A stretch of 64,000 nucleotides of DNA from Trinickia sp. (lineage in GTDB: Bacteria; Pseudomonadota; Gammaproteobacteria; Burkholderiales; Burkholderiaceae): positions 14,035 to 78,034 of the forward strand of contig DATJJH010000177.1 of NCBI GenBank assembly GCA_035492395.1. Direction: 5' to 3'. The translations under genes were made by a program, and so were the position numbers. Each line of letters begins with the position of its first letter. Position 1 is the stretch's first letter. This document shows positions 20,931 through 29,463 of this stretch, one piece after another. The notes below the pieces were generated by a model, which saw nothing but the letters and a program-made list of their open reading frames with translations, ran no database searches and was not told where the DNA came from.

Positions 20931-21887
20931 TCACGACGCCAAAGCTTCCGTAATCGCCTCGCACAACTCCTTCGGCGCGAACTTCGCGACATACCCGTTT
21001 GCTCCGGCATTGCGCACGTGCGCCTCGTTCGCCGAACCCGTCAGCGACGAATGAATGATCACGGGGATGTGCTTGAGCCGCTCATCCGCTTTGATCCGAC
21101 GCGTGAGCATGAAGCCGTCCATCTCCGGCATTTCCAGATCGGTGATGACGAGCGAAATCTTATCGCGCGCCTGCACCTTTTCCTTCTCGGCTTCGTCCGC
21201 GTAGCGCTGCAGCATCTGCCATGCTTCTTCACCGGTCGTCGCAAGCACATGCGGCGCGCCGATCGCGGTCAGCGCCTGATCGAGCAGCGTGCGCGCGAAC
21301 GCCGAGTCGTCGGCGGCGAGGATCTTGCCGCCGGCCGCATAGGTGACTTCCGCGCTGAGTTCGGCCTTGTTGACGTCGCGATGCTGCTCCGGAAACACGT
21401 CGCGCATGACCTGCTCGACGTCCAGCACTTGCGCCAAACGTAGATCGCCCGATTCACCGTTGAAGCGCGCGATGCTCGTGATGTATCCCGTGCCGCCCGC
21501 GCACTCGGCCGGATGCACTTGGCTCCATTCGAGCCGCACGATGTCGTCGACATCTTCCACGGCAAAGGCTTGCGTCGTGCGCGCGAATTCCGTGATCAAC
21601 AAGATGTTCGGCTCGCGCGAGGGTGTGTTGCCCGTCAGCTTGCACAGATCGATGACGGGGATGATCTGGCCGCGGATGTCGATGGCGCCCGAGACGGATT
21701 CCGGCGCGCCCGCGATCGGCGTGATTTCGCGGTTCGTGATGATTTCGCGAACCTTGAAGACGTTGATGCCGTACAGCGCCGGCGCGATGCCGGGGCGCGC
21801 TTGCCCCAGGCGGAAAAGAAGAAGCTCGAACTTGTTTTTGCTCGTGAGCTGAGTGCGCTCATCGTGCGTGATGTCGTGACTGGACAT
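20931..21887 (-). CDS. cheV: Chemotaxis protein CheV (CheW + receiver)
   Basis: YGINVFKVREI CheW domain; ADDS...TDLEMPEMDG...HSSL...AKF receiver domain. Confidence 0.92.
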   Translation of the reverse strand: MSSHDITHDERTQLTSKNKFELLLFRLGQARPGIAPALYGINVFKVREIITNREITPIAGAPESVSGAIDIRGQIIPVIDLCKLTGNTPSREPNILLITEFARTTQAFAVEDVDDIVRLEWSQVHPAECAGGTGYITSIARFNGESGDLRLAQVLDVEQVMRDVFPEQHRDVNKAELSAEVTYAAGGKILAADDSAFARTLLDQALTAIGAPHVLATTGEEAWQMLQRYADEAEKEKVQARDKISLVITDLEMPEMDGFMLTRRIKADERLKHIPVIIHSSLTGSANEAHVRNAGANGYVAKFAPKELCEAITEALAS

Positions 21888-21958
21888 GCGTGCCCTCTGC
21901 GTGGATTGCGAACGGCGTCCCTTGGCGTTTCACGGCAGGACACTCACTACGTATCTGG

Positions 21959-21986
21959 TTGTCGGCCACGCGTGGCAAAAACTAAA
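21959..21986 (-). promoter_or_regulatory. Putative sigma28 (FliA) promoter of cheV
   Basis: Minus strand TTTAGTTT-N12-GCCGACAA versus consensus TAAAGTTT-N11-GCCGATAA. Confidence 0.55.
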
Positions 21987-22095
21987 GGCAGGGTTACATC
22001 CTAGGGCGGCGCGCAATTAGGGTGCGAATCCATGGAGAGCCGGTCTGGTTATTGCGTGCTGTAGTCGGTCAATACCACGACCTTGGGAGGCGACC

Positions 22096-22266
22096 ATGAA
22101 TCGCAGCACCCGCGAGCCGCAGGAGATGGCCGATCAACCGAAACCCGCGCACCACAGCGACGACGAGCGCAGCCGCATGCCAGAGCGCGACGACAAATCG
22201 CGTAAGCAGTCTCCGGCCGACAAGCCCGGCAAACGGCCAGGCGAAGGGGAGCCTAGCGTCGGTTAA
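22096..22266 (+). CDS. Small hydrophilic hypothetical protein (56 aa, not in ORF track)
   Basis: GGAGG RBS, then ATG; MNRSTREPQEMADQPKPAHHSDDERSRMPERDDKSRKQSPADKPGKRPGEGEPSVG*. Confidence 0.6.
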   Translation: MNRSTREPQEMADQPKPAHHSDDERSRMPERDDKSRKQSPADKPGKRPGEGEPSVG

Positions 22267-22297
22267 GTCAGCGTTGACTTAAATCTGCGATGCAACA

Positions 22298-22330
22298 GGG
22301 CGGGCCGGTCCTGACCGGCGCCGCCCGTTT
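22298..22330. terminator. GC-rich hairpin between convergent genes (probable terminator)
   Basis: gggcgg-gccggtc-ct-gaccggc-g-ccgccc followed by gttt. Confidence 0.55.
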
Positions 22331-22359
22331 GACGACGATCTTTACTTCCTGCGCGTCGC

Positions 22360-22689
22360 TTACTTCGCCGCGTCGGCTTCGCACTTCTTCATGAACGACG
22401 ATTTGGCCGCGCCGGCCAGCGGCTTGCCGTTCGAGCCCACGGCCTTGGTGGCGCATTCCGTCTTGGCGGATTTCATCTTGTCGGCTTTGCATTTCTTCAT
22501 GAACGACGACTTGGCGGCGCCGGCCAGCGGCTTGCCGTTCTTGCCCACGGCCTGCGATTCGCAGTCGCCGGATGCGGAGCTCATGGCCGCGCCGCTTGCG
22601 GCTGCGGCGTCCGAAGCTTGGGCGTGGGCCATGCCCACCGCAAACATGCCCGCGATTGCCGCCAAGACAAATTTGTTCAACATGACCAT
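22360..22689 (-). CDS. Small secreted protein with two PsiF-like Cys repeats
   Basis: Signal peptide (AHA-QA) and two copies of C-x3-AVG(K/S)NGKPLAGAAKSSFMKKC; GGAGG RBS. Confidence 0.75.
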   Translation of the reverse strand: MVMLNKFVLAAIAGMFAVGMAHAQASDAAAASGAAMSSASGDCESQAVGKNGKPLAGAAKSSFMKKCKADKMKSAKTECATKAVGSNGKPLAGAAKSSFMKKCEADAAK

Positions 22690-23039
22690 CCCTCCTGAAG
22701 TGGTGTGAAGCGAGTCGCTTCTCCCCGTTAACGGTGCACGAACGCAGCGGTTGACCGTTCGCGAGCGGCGAGGCGCGCACTGCACGGTCTTTGGTGCGCC
22801 CGCTAACAAAGTTTTACGATTAAAAAGGCGATTAAAAGCGCCGCGCGCCACCGATCGTGCCGGCTCGGCATCTCGCACCGTCTGGGCTTGCCGGCTTCGG
22901 TTCCCCATCCCTCCTCGCATTCGTCGTACTAGACCGACAGCCGCGCGAAAGCGCACCTTCACGACAGTTTCGCATTCGTCACGGAGAGTCGTCGGCTTGC
23001 GCTGTTCCGTATCTCCTTTGACAACGACGAGGTGAAAGC

Positions 23040-24725
23040 ATGGGAAAGGGCAGGAGGTGGACGTTCTTGGGCGCGGCCGTGACGAGCGCCGCGATCGCGA
23101 TGGCGGGCGCGCAGGGTAGCGCGCAGGCGAGTGAATTCGGTCATCACCATGATCGCGACCACGACCACGATGGTGGCGCGGAAGGCATCAAGCGCGTGTT
23201 GCTCGTCAGCATCGACGGCCTGCACGAGCAAGACCTCGCACGCTGTATCGGTGCGAACACGTGCCCGAACTTGGCTGTGCTCGCGCAATCCGGGCTCACC
23301 TACACCGAGGCGCATACACCGGGTCTTTCCGATTCCTTTCCCGGCCTCGCGGCGCTCGTGACGGGCGGATCGCCCAAGACGGCGGGCCTGTTCTACGACG
23401 TGTCGTACGACCGCACACTGTATGCACCGTCGGATACGAATTGCTCGGGCAAGCAAGGATGGAACGTCGTATTCGACGAAACGACGGGCATCGATGCTGA
23501 AAACGGCGGCGCGCTGGTCCACCTCGACGGCGGCGGCGCCTTCAATCCGCAGGCGATACCGCATGCGCTCGTCGGCGGCGTATGCAAGCCGGTCTACCCG
23601 CACGATTATGTGAAGACGAACACGATCTTCGAAGTCGTCAAAGAGCATATGCCCAATGCGCGCACGGCCTGGGCCGACAAGCACGCTTGGGGCTACGACT
23701 GGGTGAACGGGCCGTCGGGCCACGGCGTCGACGACCTCGCGCGCACGGAAATCAATTCGATCGATCCGGCGACGAACAGCGACTACACCGACGTCTACAC
23801 GCATACCGAGAAGTTCGACGACTATCACGTGCAGGCAATCCTCAATCAGATCGACGGCAAGGATTCGACAGGCGCAACGAGTGCGGCCGTCCCCACTCTG
23901 TTCGGCACGAACTTCCAGACGCTCAGCGTCGCCCAGAAGGCGCCGGTGGCCAAGGGCGGCGGTTACCTCGACGCCGACCTCACGCCGGGGCCGCAAGTCA
24001 CGGCCGCGATCGCCTATGCCGACGCATCGATCGGCCGCATCGTCGCCGAGCTCAAGCAGCGCGGTTTGTTCGCGAGCACGGCCATCATCGTGACGGCCAA
24101 GCACGGCCAATCGCCGACCGATCACACGAAGCTGATCAAGAACGGCGACACGCTTACCAAGCTGCTCGAAGCCAACCACTATCTGGACGCGAGCGGCCAC
24201 TTCGGCCAGAACAGCACGGCCTCGGGCAACTTGAACGACGGGACGGGGCTCGTCGGCACGGGCATGGTTCAGACCGACGACGTGGGACTGATTTGGCTGA
24301 AAGACCCGTCGCAACTCGACGCCGCCGTGGCGACGCTGAAGGCCAACCTAGGCTGCAACGCCCCCGGCATCTGCGCGGACGGGCCTCAGGCATACATCCT
24401 TTTCGGCCCGCGCCTCGCGCGCCGATTCGGCGACCCGGCGCTCGGCCGTACGCCCGACATCGTGGTGCAGCCGAACCCGGGCGTGATCTATACGTCGAGC
24501 ACGAAGAAGGATGAGGAGCACGGCGGCAACGCACCGGACGATAGTCACCTCGGCTTGCTGGTGTCGCTGCCCGGCATCCACCATGCGCGCACGATCGCCG
24601 CACCGGTCGAGACGACGCAAGTGGCCCCCACCATTTTGCGTCTGCTCGAGCTGAAGCCGCGCTGGCTGCACGCCGTCGAGCTCGAAGGTACGCGCGCGTT
24701 GCCGGGCTTCGAAGAAGGACGGTAG
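23040..24725 (+). CDS. Secreted alkaline phosphatase superfamily enzyme (NPP/phosphodiesterase-like)
   Basis: LVSIDGLH, SDSFPG nucleophile region, TAKHGQ and EHGG metal motifs; signal peptide. Confidence 0.85.
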   Translation: MGKGRRWTFLGAAVTSAAIAMAGAQGSAQASEFGHHHDRDHDHDGGAEGIKRVLLVSIDGLHEQDLARCIGANTCPNLAVLAQSGLTYTEAHTPGLSDSFPGLAALVTGGSPKTAGLFYDVSYDRTLYAPSDTNCSGKQGWNVVFDETTGIDAENGGALVHLDGGGAFNPQAIPHALVGGVCKPVYPHDYVKTNTIFEVVKEHMPNARTAWADKHAWGYDWVNGPSGHGVDDLARTEINSIDPATNSDYTDVYTHTEKFDDYHVQAILNQIDGKDSTGATSAAVPTLFGTNFQTLSVAQKAPVAKGGGYLDADLTPGPQVTAAIAYADASIGRIVAELKQRGLFASTAIIVTAKHGQSPTDHTKLIKNGDTLTKLLEANHYLDASGHFGQNSTASGNLNDGTGLVGTGMVQTDDVGLIWLKDPSQLDAAVATLKANLGCNAPGICADGPQAYILFGPRLARRFGDPALGRTPDIVVQPNPGVIYTSSTKKDEEHGGNAPDDSHLGLLVSLPGIHHARTIAAPVETTQVAPTILRLLELKPRWLHAVELEGTRALPGFEEGR

Positions 24726-24793
24726 ACGCAAGCTGAACATGCGCGCGGTTCGCTGTAGGGCGAACCGTGCGCAGACGAGGAGGGGCGCCCCGG

Positions 24794-25393
24794 TCAATCT
24801 TCTTTGGGGCGCTCGCGCGTGGCCACCAGCCGCTCGACGCGTCGGTCCGGCACGAGCCACAGCAGCGCCACCGCGGCGAAGAACGCGAGGCCGACGCTCG
24901 GATGACCTACCCACGCCGCGCCGATCCCGGCGAGATACGACAATTGCGAGACCTTGCCCTTCATGTCGCGGCCGATCGCATGCGCGAGCAAGCTGTCCGG
25001 CCCATGATGGCGTACGAGCCCCGTTTGCAAGACGAACCAGGCCAACGCGCATGCGAGCAGATTCACGCCGTATAGCACCGTCGGCCAGCGGGCGAAGTGG
25101 TTCTCCCCCATCCACCCCGTGCTGAAGGGCAACAGCGACACCCAAAACAGCAAGTGCAGATTCCACCAGAGAATCGCGCCGTTGACATGGCGTGTGGCCT
25201 GCAGCATGTGGTGATGATTGTTCCAATAGATGCCGACGTAAATGAAGCTGAGCACGTAGCTTATGGCGATCGGCCATAGCTGCGCCAGCGCCGCGAGGTC
25301 TTCCCCGTGCGGCACCTTCAGTTCCAGCACCATGATCGTGATGACGACGGCCATGACGCCGTCGCTGAATGCTTCCAAGCGGTTCTTTTCCAT
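24794..25393 (-). CDS. TMEM175 family K+/H+ channel (DUF1211)
   Basis: RLEAFSDGVMAVVITIMVLEL and YWNNHHH signatures. Confidence 0.92.
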   Translation of the reverse strand: MEKNRLEAFSDGVMAVVITIMVLELKVPHGEDLAALAQLWPIAISYVLSFIYVGIYWNNHHHMLQATRHVNGAILWWNLHLLFWVSLLPFSTGWMGENHFARWPTVLYGVNLLACALAWFVLQTGLVRHHGPDSLLAHAIGRDMKGKVSQLSYLAGIGAAWVGHPSVGLAFFAAVALLWLVPDRRVERLVATRERPKED

Positions 25394-25570
25394 TGTCGTG
25401 ATTTGAGCACAGATCGGCGCGGGTCAGTGTCCGCATGCCGTAGTGAGACGCGGCGCGGCATTCAACTTGCTGCACGAGCCGGGGTAGCGGGGCCTTTCGT
25501 CCGTGACGACAGGCCATTCATCCGTCCGCGACCGCGGGCGGCCTTCGATCGTCACCGAGGAGGGATATCG

Positions 25571-26000
25571 CATGCATCGCGCAAACAAGATCGGCTTTTC
25601 GTTTCCGGCGCTCACGCTGGCCATGGCGGCGCTCGCTTGCGCGCCATTGGCCGTTCATGCTCAGCAAGGTGCGTCGATGCCGAGCATGAGCAGCACGGCT
25701 GAAGCGCAATCTGCCCCGGCGAGCGGGAAAGGCGCCGCCGGCGATTCCACGACGGCCTTCAAAGCCGCCGACGAGCGCATGATGAAGGGCATGCAAGGCT
25801 CCGCCTACACGGGTGACGCCGACGAAGACTTCGTATCGCACATGATTCCCCACCATCAAGGCGCCGTCGATATGGCCGAAGTCGAAGCGAAGTACGGCAA
25901 GGACCCGCAGCTGAAGCGCTTGGCCAAGCGAATCATCGACAGTCAGCGTCGCGAAATTCAGTTCATGAAGAGCTGGCAAGAGAAGCACGGCAACCATTAG
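25571..26000 (+). CDS. DUF305/CopM-like Met/His-rich metal-binding periplasmic protein
   Basis: DEDFVSHMIPHHQGAVDMA and IIDSQRREI motifs; signal peptide; GAGGAGG RBS. Confidence 0.88.
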
Positions 26001-26255
26001 CCGCTGACATCGCTCTCGCGGGCACGCTACGCCCGCAACACATCCTCCACGCGCCGGCATCCTATCAAGTTTGACGGGTACGCCGAGTCCCGCCCATTTG
26101 TTAAATTAGCCTAATCAAGATAAACATTGCCATAAAAAGCGCTCGTCGGATGATGCCCCGATCGCGTGCCTCGATGGTGGATGTTCCGAATGTCGGCGCT
26201 CGCGCCAACATCCCGCAGGTAGCTTCCTGCATCTCTACTTACTTAGGAGTCCGAA

Positions 26256-26327
26256 ATGGAAGACGTATCGCGTTACTTCGAAGCACCCGAGGTGAATCCC
26301 ATGCCGGTCAAGATGGGCGTTTGGTAA
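26256..26327 (+). CDS. Putative RiPP precursor peptide, 23 aa (MEDVSRYFEAPEVNPMPVKMGVW)
   Basis: AGGAG RBS at 26245-49, 6 nt before ATG; TAA at 26325-27; 58 nt upstream of a co-oriented radical SAM gene; below the ORF-track cutoff. Confidence 0.7.
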   Translation: MEDVSRYFEAPEVNPMPVKMGVW

Positions 26328-26347
26328 TCGGCTTCGGCATAGATAGA

Positions 26348-26370
26348 GGAGGGGGCAAGCTGCCCCCTTC
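26348..26370 (+). other. Stem-loop between precursor ORF and radical SAM gene
   Basis: GGAGGGGGCA-AGC-TGCCCCCTTC (10-bp stem incl. one G-U), no U-tract, just before the rSAM RBS GGAGG. Confidence 0.65.
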
Positions 26371-26385
26371 CATTCGGAGGAACGC

Positions 26386-27798
26386 ATGGAGCTGCTGTCA
26401 GGGAAGTCGCTCGTCAAATTCGATCGTCAGTTTCCGATCTACAACTTCTTCTTCCCGAATCAAGGCAAGGAGCGCGCGGCCAGCGCCGCGCCGCAGGTCT
26501 GGAGGGACGCCGCGCGGTATGTCCGTTCGCGCGCGCTGTATTTTCATATCCCGTTTTGCGACACGATCTGCAATTTCTGTCCGTTCACGCGAGGACGGTA
26601 TTCGAGCCGCACCGTCATCGACCAATACTTCGCCGCCCTGCTGGCGGAAATTCGCCTGAAGGCGGACCTGATCGATTTGAAGCAGGCGCCGATATCGGCG
26701 ATCTTCTTCGGCGGCGGCACGCCTAGCTTGCTCGATCCCGAGCAGATCAGGCAGATCGGGGAACTGATCCACCAGTCGTTCGACCTGTCGCATCTACGCG
26801 AATTCTCGTTCGAGGTCGAAGTGAAGAGCCTCACCGCGGAGCGCGCGCAGGCCATGCGAGAGATTGGCGTCACCCACCCGCGGTTCGGTCTGCAAACCTT
26901 TTCGCCGAAATGGCGCGAGATGTTCGACTTGACCGCGTCGCTCGATCAAATTCACGCGGCCGCGGCCTTGCTCAAGCAGATGTTTCCTTATCAAACGTTC
27001 GATATCTTGTACGGCATGAGCGGGCAGGACGAGGAAGAGATCATGGCCGATCTGCGCGCGGCCGTCGCGCTCGGAACCACGAACGTCGATATTTATCCGA
27101 TCGACAACATCGTCACGCAAGTCGGTTTGCACGCGAAGCTCGAAGGTGCGGGCGCATCGCCCACTTCGGCGATGCGCAAGTTCGGGATGAACGTGCTGAT
27201 CGATCAAGCCATGCGCCATGCGGGCTTCATGCCGCACAACGGTCATGGCTACGTGCGCACGAACACGGCGCCCGACGTGGTCAGCGACGCCTACTCGTTC
27301 ATTTATCATGAGCATGTATACGGCTACCACGATCACGACCTCATGGGTTTCGGCGTCAACGCCATCAGCTCGACGATGGGCCACGTCATGACGCAGACCC
27401 ACAGCAAGAACGTCTACCGCGAGGCGATCGACGCGGGCCGGATTCCGTGCGAGATCAGCCGGCACGACGCGGCGCTCGACTTCGCCCGGCCGCTTGTGCT
27501 GCGTTTGCCCTATCACGGAAGCATCCGGAAAGACCGCGTGCGGTGGGACGCCGTTCACCCGGAAGTACTCGAAAAGCTGGAGCGATTGAAGCAAGAGGCG
27601 CTCGTCGCCGAGGACGACACGTCGCTGTCGCTGACGAAGCTCGGGTGGTACTGGTACGTCAATCTCATGTACTTTCTCATGCCGCATGCCGATCAATTGC
27701 TGATGAACGCCATGGTGATCGATAAGCTCAAGGATCCGGGGCGCCGGTTTTCCAAGCGGGAGTTGCTGTTCCCGATCGTGCCCGCGCAGGCCGCGTAG
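26386..27798 (+). CDS. HemN-like (class C-type) radical SAM enzyme, probable peptide/secondary-metabolite maturase
   Basis: YFHIPFCDTICNFC (CxxxCxxC), IFFGGGTPS, FGLQTF, DILYGMSGQ and a HemN_C-like tail (LSLTKLGW). HemN NFQGY and HemW HNxxYW motifs not seen. Confidence 0.88.
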   Translation: MELLSGKSLVKFDRQFPIYNFFFPNQGKERAASAAPQVWRDAARYVRSRALYFHIPFCDTICNFCPFTRGRYSSRTVIDQYFAALLAEIRLKADLIDLKQAPISAIFFGGGTPSLLDPEQIRQIGELIHQSFDLSHLREFSFEVEVKSLTAERAQAMREIGVTHPRFGLQTFSPKWREMFDLTASLDQIHAAAALLKQMFPYQTFDILYGMSGQDEEEIMADLRAAVALGTTNVDIYPIDNIVTQVGLHAKLEGAGASPTSAMRKFGMNVLIDQAMRHAGFMPHNGHGYVRTNTAPDVVSDAYSFIYHEHVYGYHDHDLMGFGVNAISSTMGHVMTQTHSKNVYREAIDAGRIPCEISRHDAALDFARPLVLRLPYHGSIRKDRVRWDAVHPEVLEKLERLKQEALVAEDDTSLSLTKLGWYWYVNLMYFLMPHADQLLMNAMVIDKLKDPGRRFSKRELLFPIVPAQAA

Positions 27799-27806
27799 GA
27801 GCGCCG

Positions 27807-29030
27807 ATGCTTGCGATGCTGCGCAAAGAGCGGCGCCTTTCCGTGCTGCTGACGGGTAATTTGTTGTCGCAAATCGGCGACGGCGTGCACGAGTTCATTT
27901 TCATCATCACGGTGCTGAACGTCACGCATGCCAATGTTGCGTTGTCGGGCGCGGTGTACTTCTTTCGCTTCATTCCGTATGTCGTACTCGGTCCGCTCGG
28001 CGGGGTGCTGTCCGACCGCTTGCCGCGGCGGGCGCTGATGGTCGGCGCCGATCTGGCGCGTATGGCGATTACGGGCGTGTTCTGCCTCATACTGTCGGCC
28101 AGTCGCATCGACGTGGCGGCGCTCGCGCTCATCGGCATGTCGATGACCGCGTTTCGCACGCTGTTTCAGCCCGCGTTTCAAGGCACGATCCCGTCGCTCG
28201 TTAGCAAGCATCATTTGCCGGCGGCAAACGGCGCGGCGCAAATGGCGGTGGAGATGGGCGGGCTCGTCGGTCCGGCGCTCGGCGGGACGCTGTTGTATGT
28301 CGTCGCCGATCCGGGCCGCGTGCTGGCGATCGATGCGGCCACCTATCTGGTGTCGGCGCTCTGTATTTGGCGCACGCTCGTGGGTGAGCCGCGCCGCGAA
28401 CCCGAATCGCGGGCGGGCGCCCTCTCGTTGGCCGGACTCTATGGCGAGTTCATGGCCAACGTCAAAGCGGCGGTTACGAAGCGTGAACTGTTCGTGACTA
28501 TCGGCTATTCCGCGCTGTGCATCTTGTTCGTGGGCGCCGCGTTGAGGGTGTTGATCCCCACGCTGCTCAAGGGCGCCGGGTATGCCGATAGCGTCATCGG
28601 CTATGCGATGAGCGTGCTCGCACTCGGTGCTTTCGTCGGCGCGCTCGTGTGCAGCAGCGTGTCGCGTGATTTCAGCACGCCGAGCTTGATGACGTACTGG
28701 CGCATCTACGGTTTCACGCTCGCGCTGTTGCCGCTGTGCGCAGTCAGCGCCTGGACCATGCTCGCGGGGTGCTTCGTGCTGGGCGGCATCGGCGCCTTCG
28801 TCGATGTGGTGTTGCCGACCAACATCCAGCGGCTGTCCACCGACGCGAACGTCGGCAAGAATTTCAGTCTGTTTTCCACGCTCGCCAACACGAGCGAAGC
28901 GATGTCGGGCGCATTCGCGGGCGTCCTGAGTGCGATCGCACCGGTTGGCATCGGCATTTCGATGATCGGCGTCGCTGTCGTATCGATCGGCTTCGCCGGT
29001 ACGGCTAAGGTGGCGAGGCGTCATGACTGA
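27807..29030 (+). CDS. MFS exporter (DHA3/MFS_3-like)
   Basis: GNLLSQIGD, GGVLSDRLPRRALM (motif A) and GPALGG; RBS overlaps the rSAM stop. Confidence 0.88.
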   Translation: MLAMLRKERRLSVLLTGNLLSQIGDGVHEFIFIITVLNVTHANVALSGAVYFFRFIPYVVLGPLGGVLSDRLPRRALMVGADLARMAITGVFCLILSASRIDVAALALIGMSMTAFRTLFQPAFQGTIPSLVSKHHLPAANGAAQMAVEMGGLVGPALGGTLLYVVADPGRVLAIDAATYLVSALCIWRTLVGEPRREPESRAGALSLAGLYGEFMANVKAAVTKRELFVTIGYSALCILFVGAALRVLIPTLLKGAGYADSVIGYAMSVLALGAFVGALVCSSVSRDFSTPSLMTYWRIYGFTLALLPLCAVSAWTMLAGCFVLGGIGAFVDVVLPTNIQRLSTDANVGKNFSLFSTLANTSEAMSGAFAGVLSAIAPVGIGISMIGVAVVSIGFAGTAKVARRHD

Positions 29031-29463
29031 TATCCCGCATCTCGCCTATGGTCGCCATGTGCTGGTCGACATCTCCGAGACGAACGCCGCGGTGTTGAAC
29101 GACGGCGAGGCGCTTGTGCAAGCGTTGACTTGCGCCGCCGAGAGCGAAGGCGCGACGGTGCTTGGGACGATCGAGCATGCGTTCAAGCCGAGCGGCGTAA
29201 CGATCCTGTTGCTGCTGGCGGAGTCGCACGTCTCGCTGCATACGTACCCCGAGCAGGGGCGTGCGTTTTTCGACGCATTCACCTGCGGCGTGCGATGCGA
29301 GCCGATGAACATCTTTCGTCGATTCGTCGAGGCGCATCCGGTCGGCGCTTATCGCATCGTCAGCTGCGAGCGCGGGGAGGCGCTGCGTCAATCGCTCGAC
29401 ATCTCGCGCGCGAGCCGCCCGAGGGTATGGACGCCGCTTTCGATTTGCGGGGTCCACGAATAG
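29023..29463 (+). CDS. Pyruvoyl-dependent S-adenosylmethionine decarboxylase family (SpeD/SpeH class 1B-like)
   Basis: GRHVLVD, LAES(H)VSLHTYPE autocleavage site and DAFTCG; 8-nt overlap with the MFS end. Confidence 0.88.
   Translation: MTDIPHLAYGRHVLVDISETNAAVLNDGEALVQALTCAAESEGATVLGTIEHAFKPSGVTILLLLAESHVSLHTYPEQGRAFFDAFTCGVRCEPMNIFRRFVEAHPVGAYRIVSCERGEALRQSLDISRASRPRVWTPLSICGVHE

Noticed and set aside
26150-26659. 169-aa + ORF and 60-aa - ORF over the rSAM 5' region
   Set aside because: They overlap the rSAM and the RBS-supported 23-aa ORF, and have no recognisable features.
26386-27798. Housekeeping hemN/hemW
   Set aside because: Diagnostic motifs are missing and the context is peptide-MFS-SpeD rather than heme or rdgB genes.
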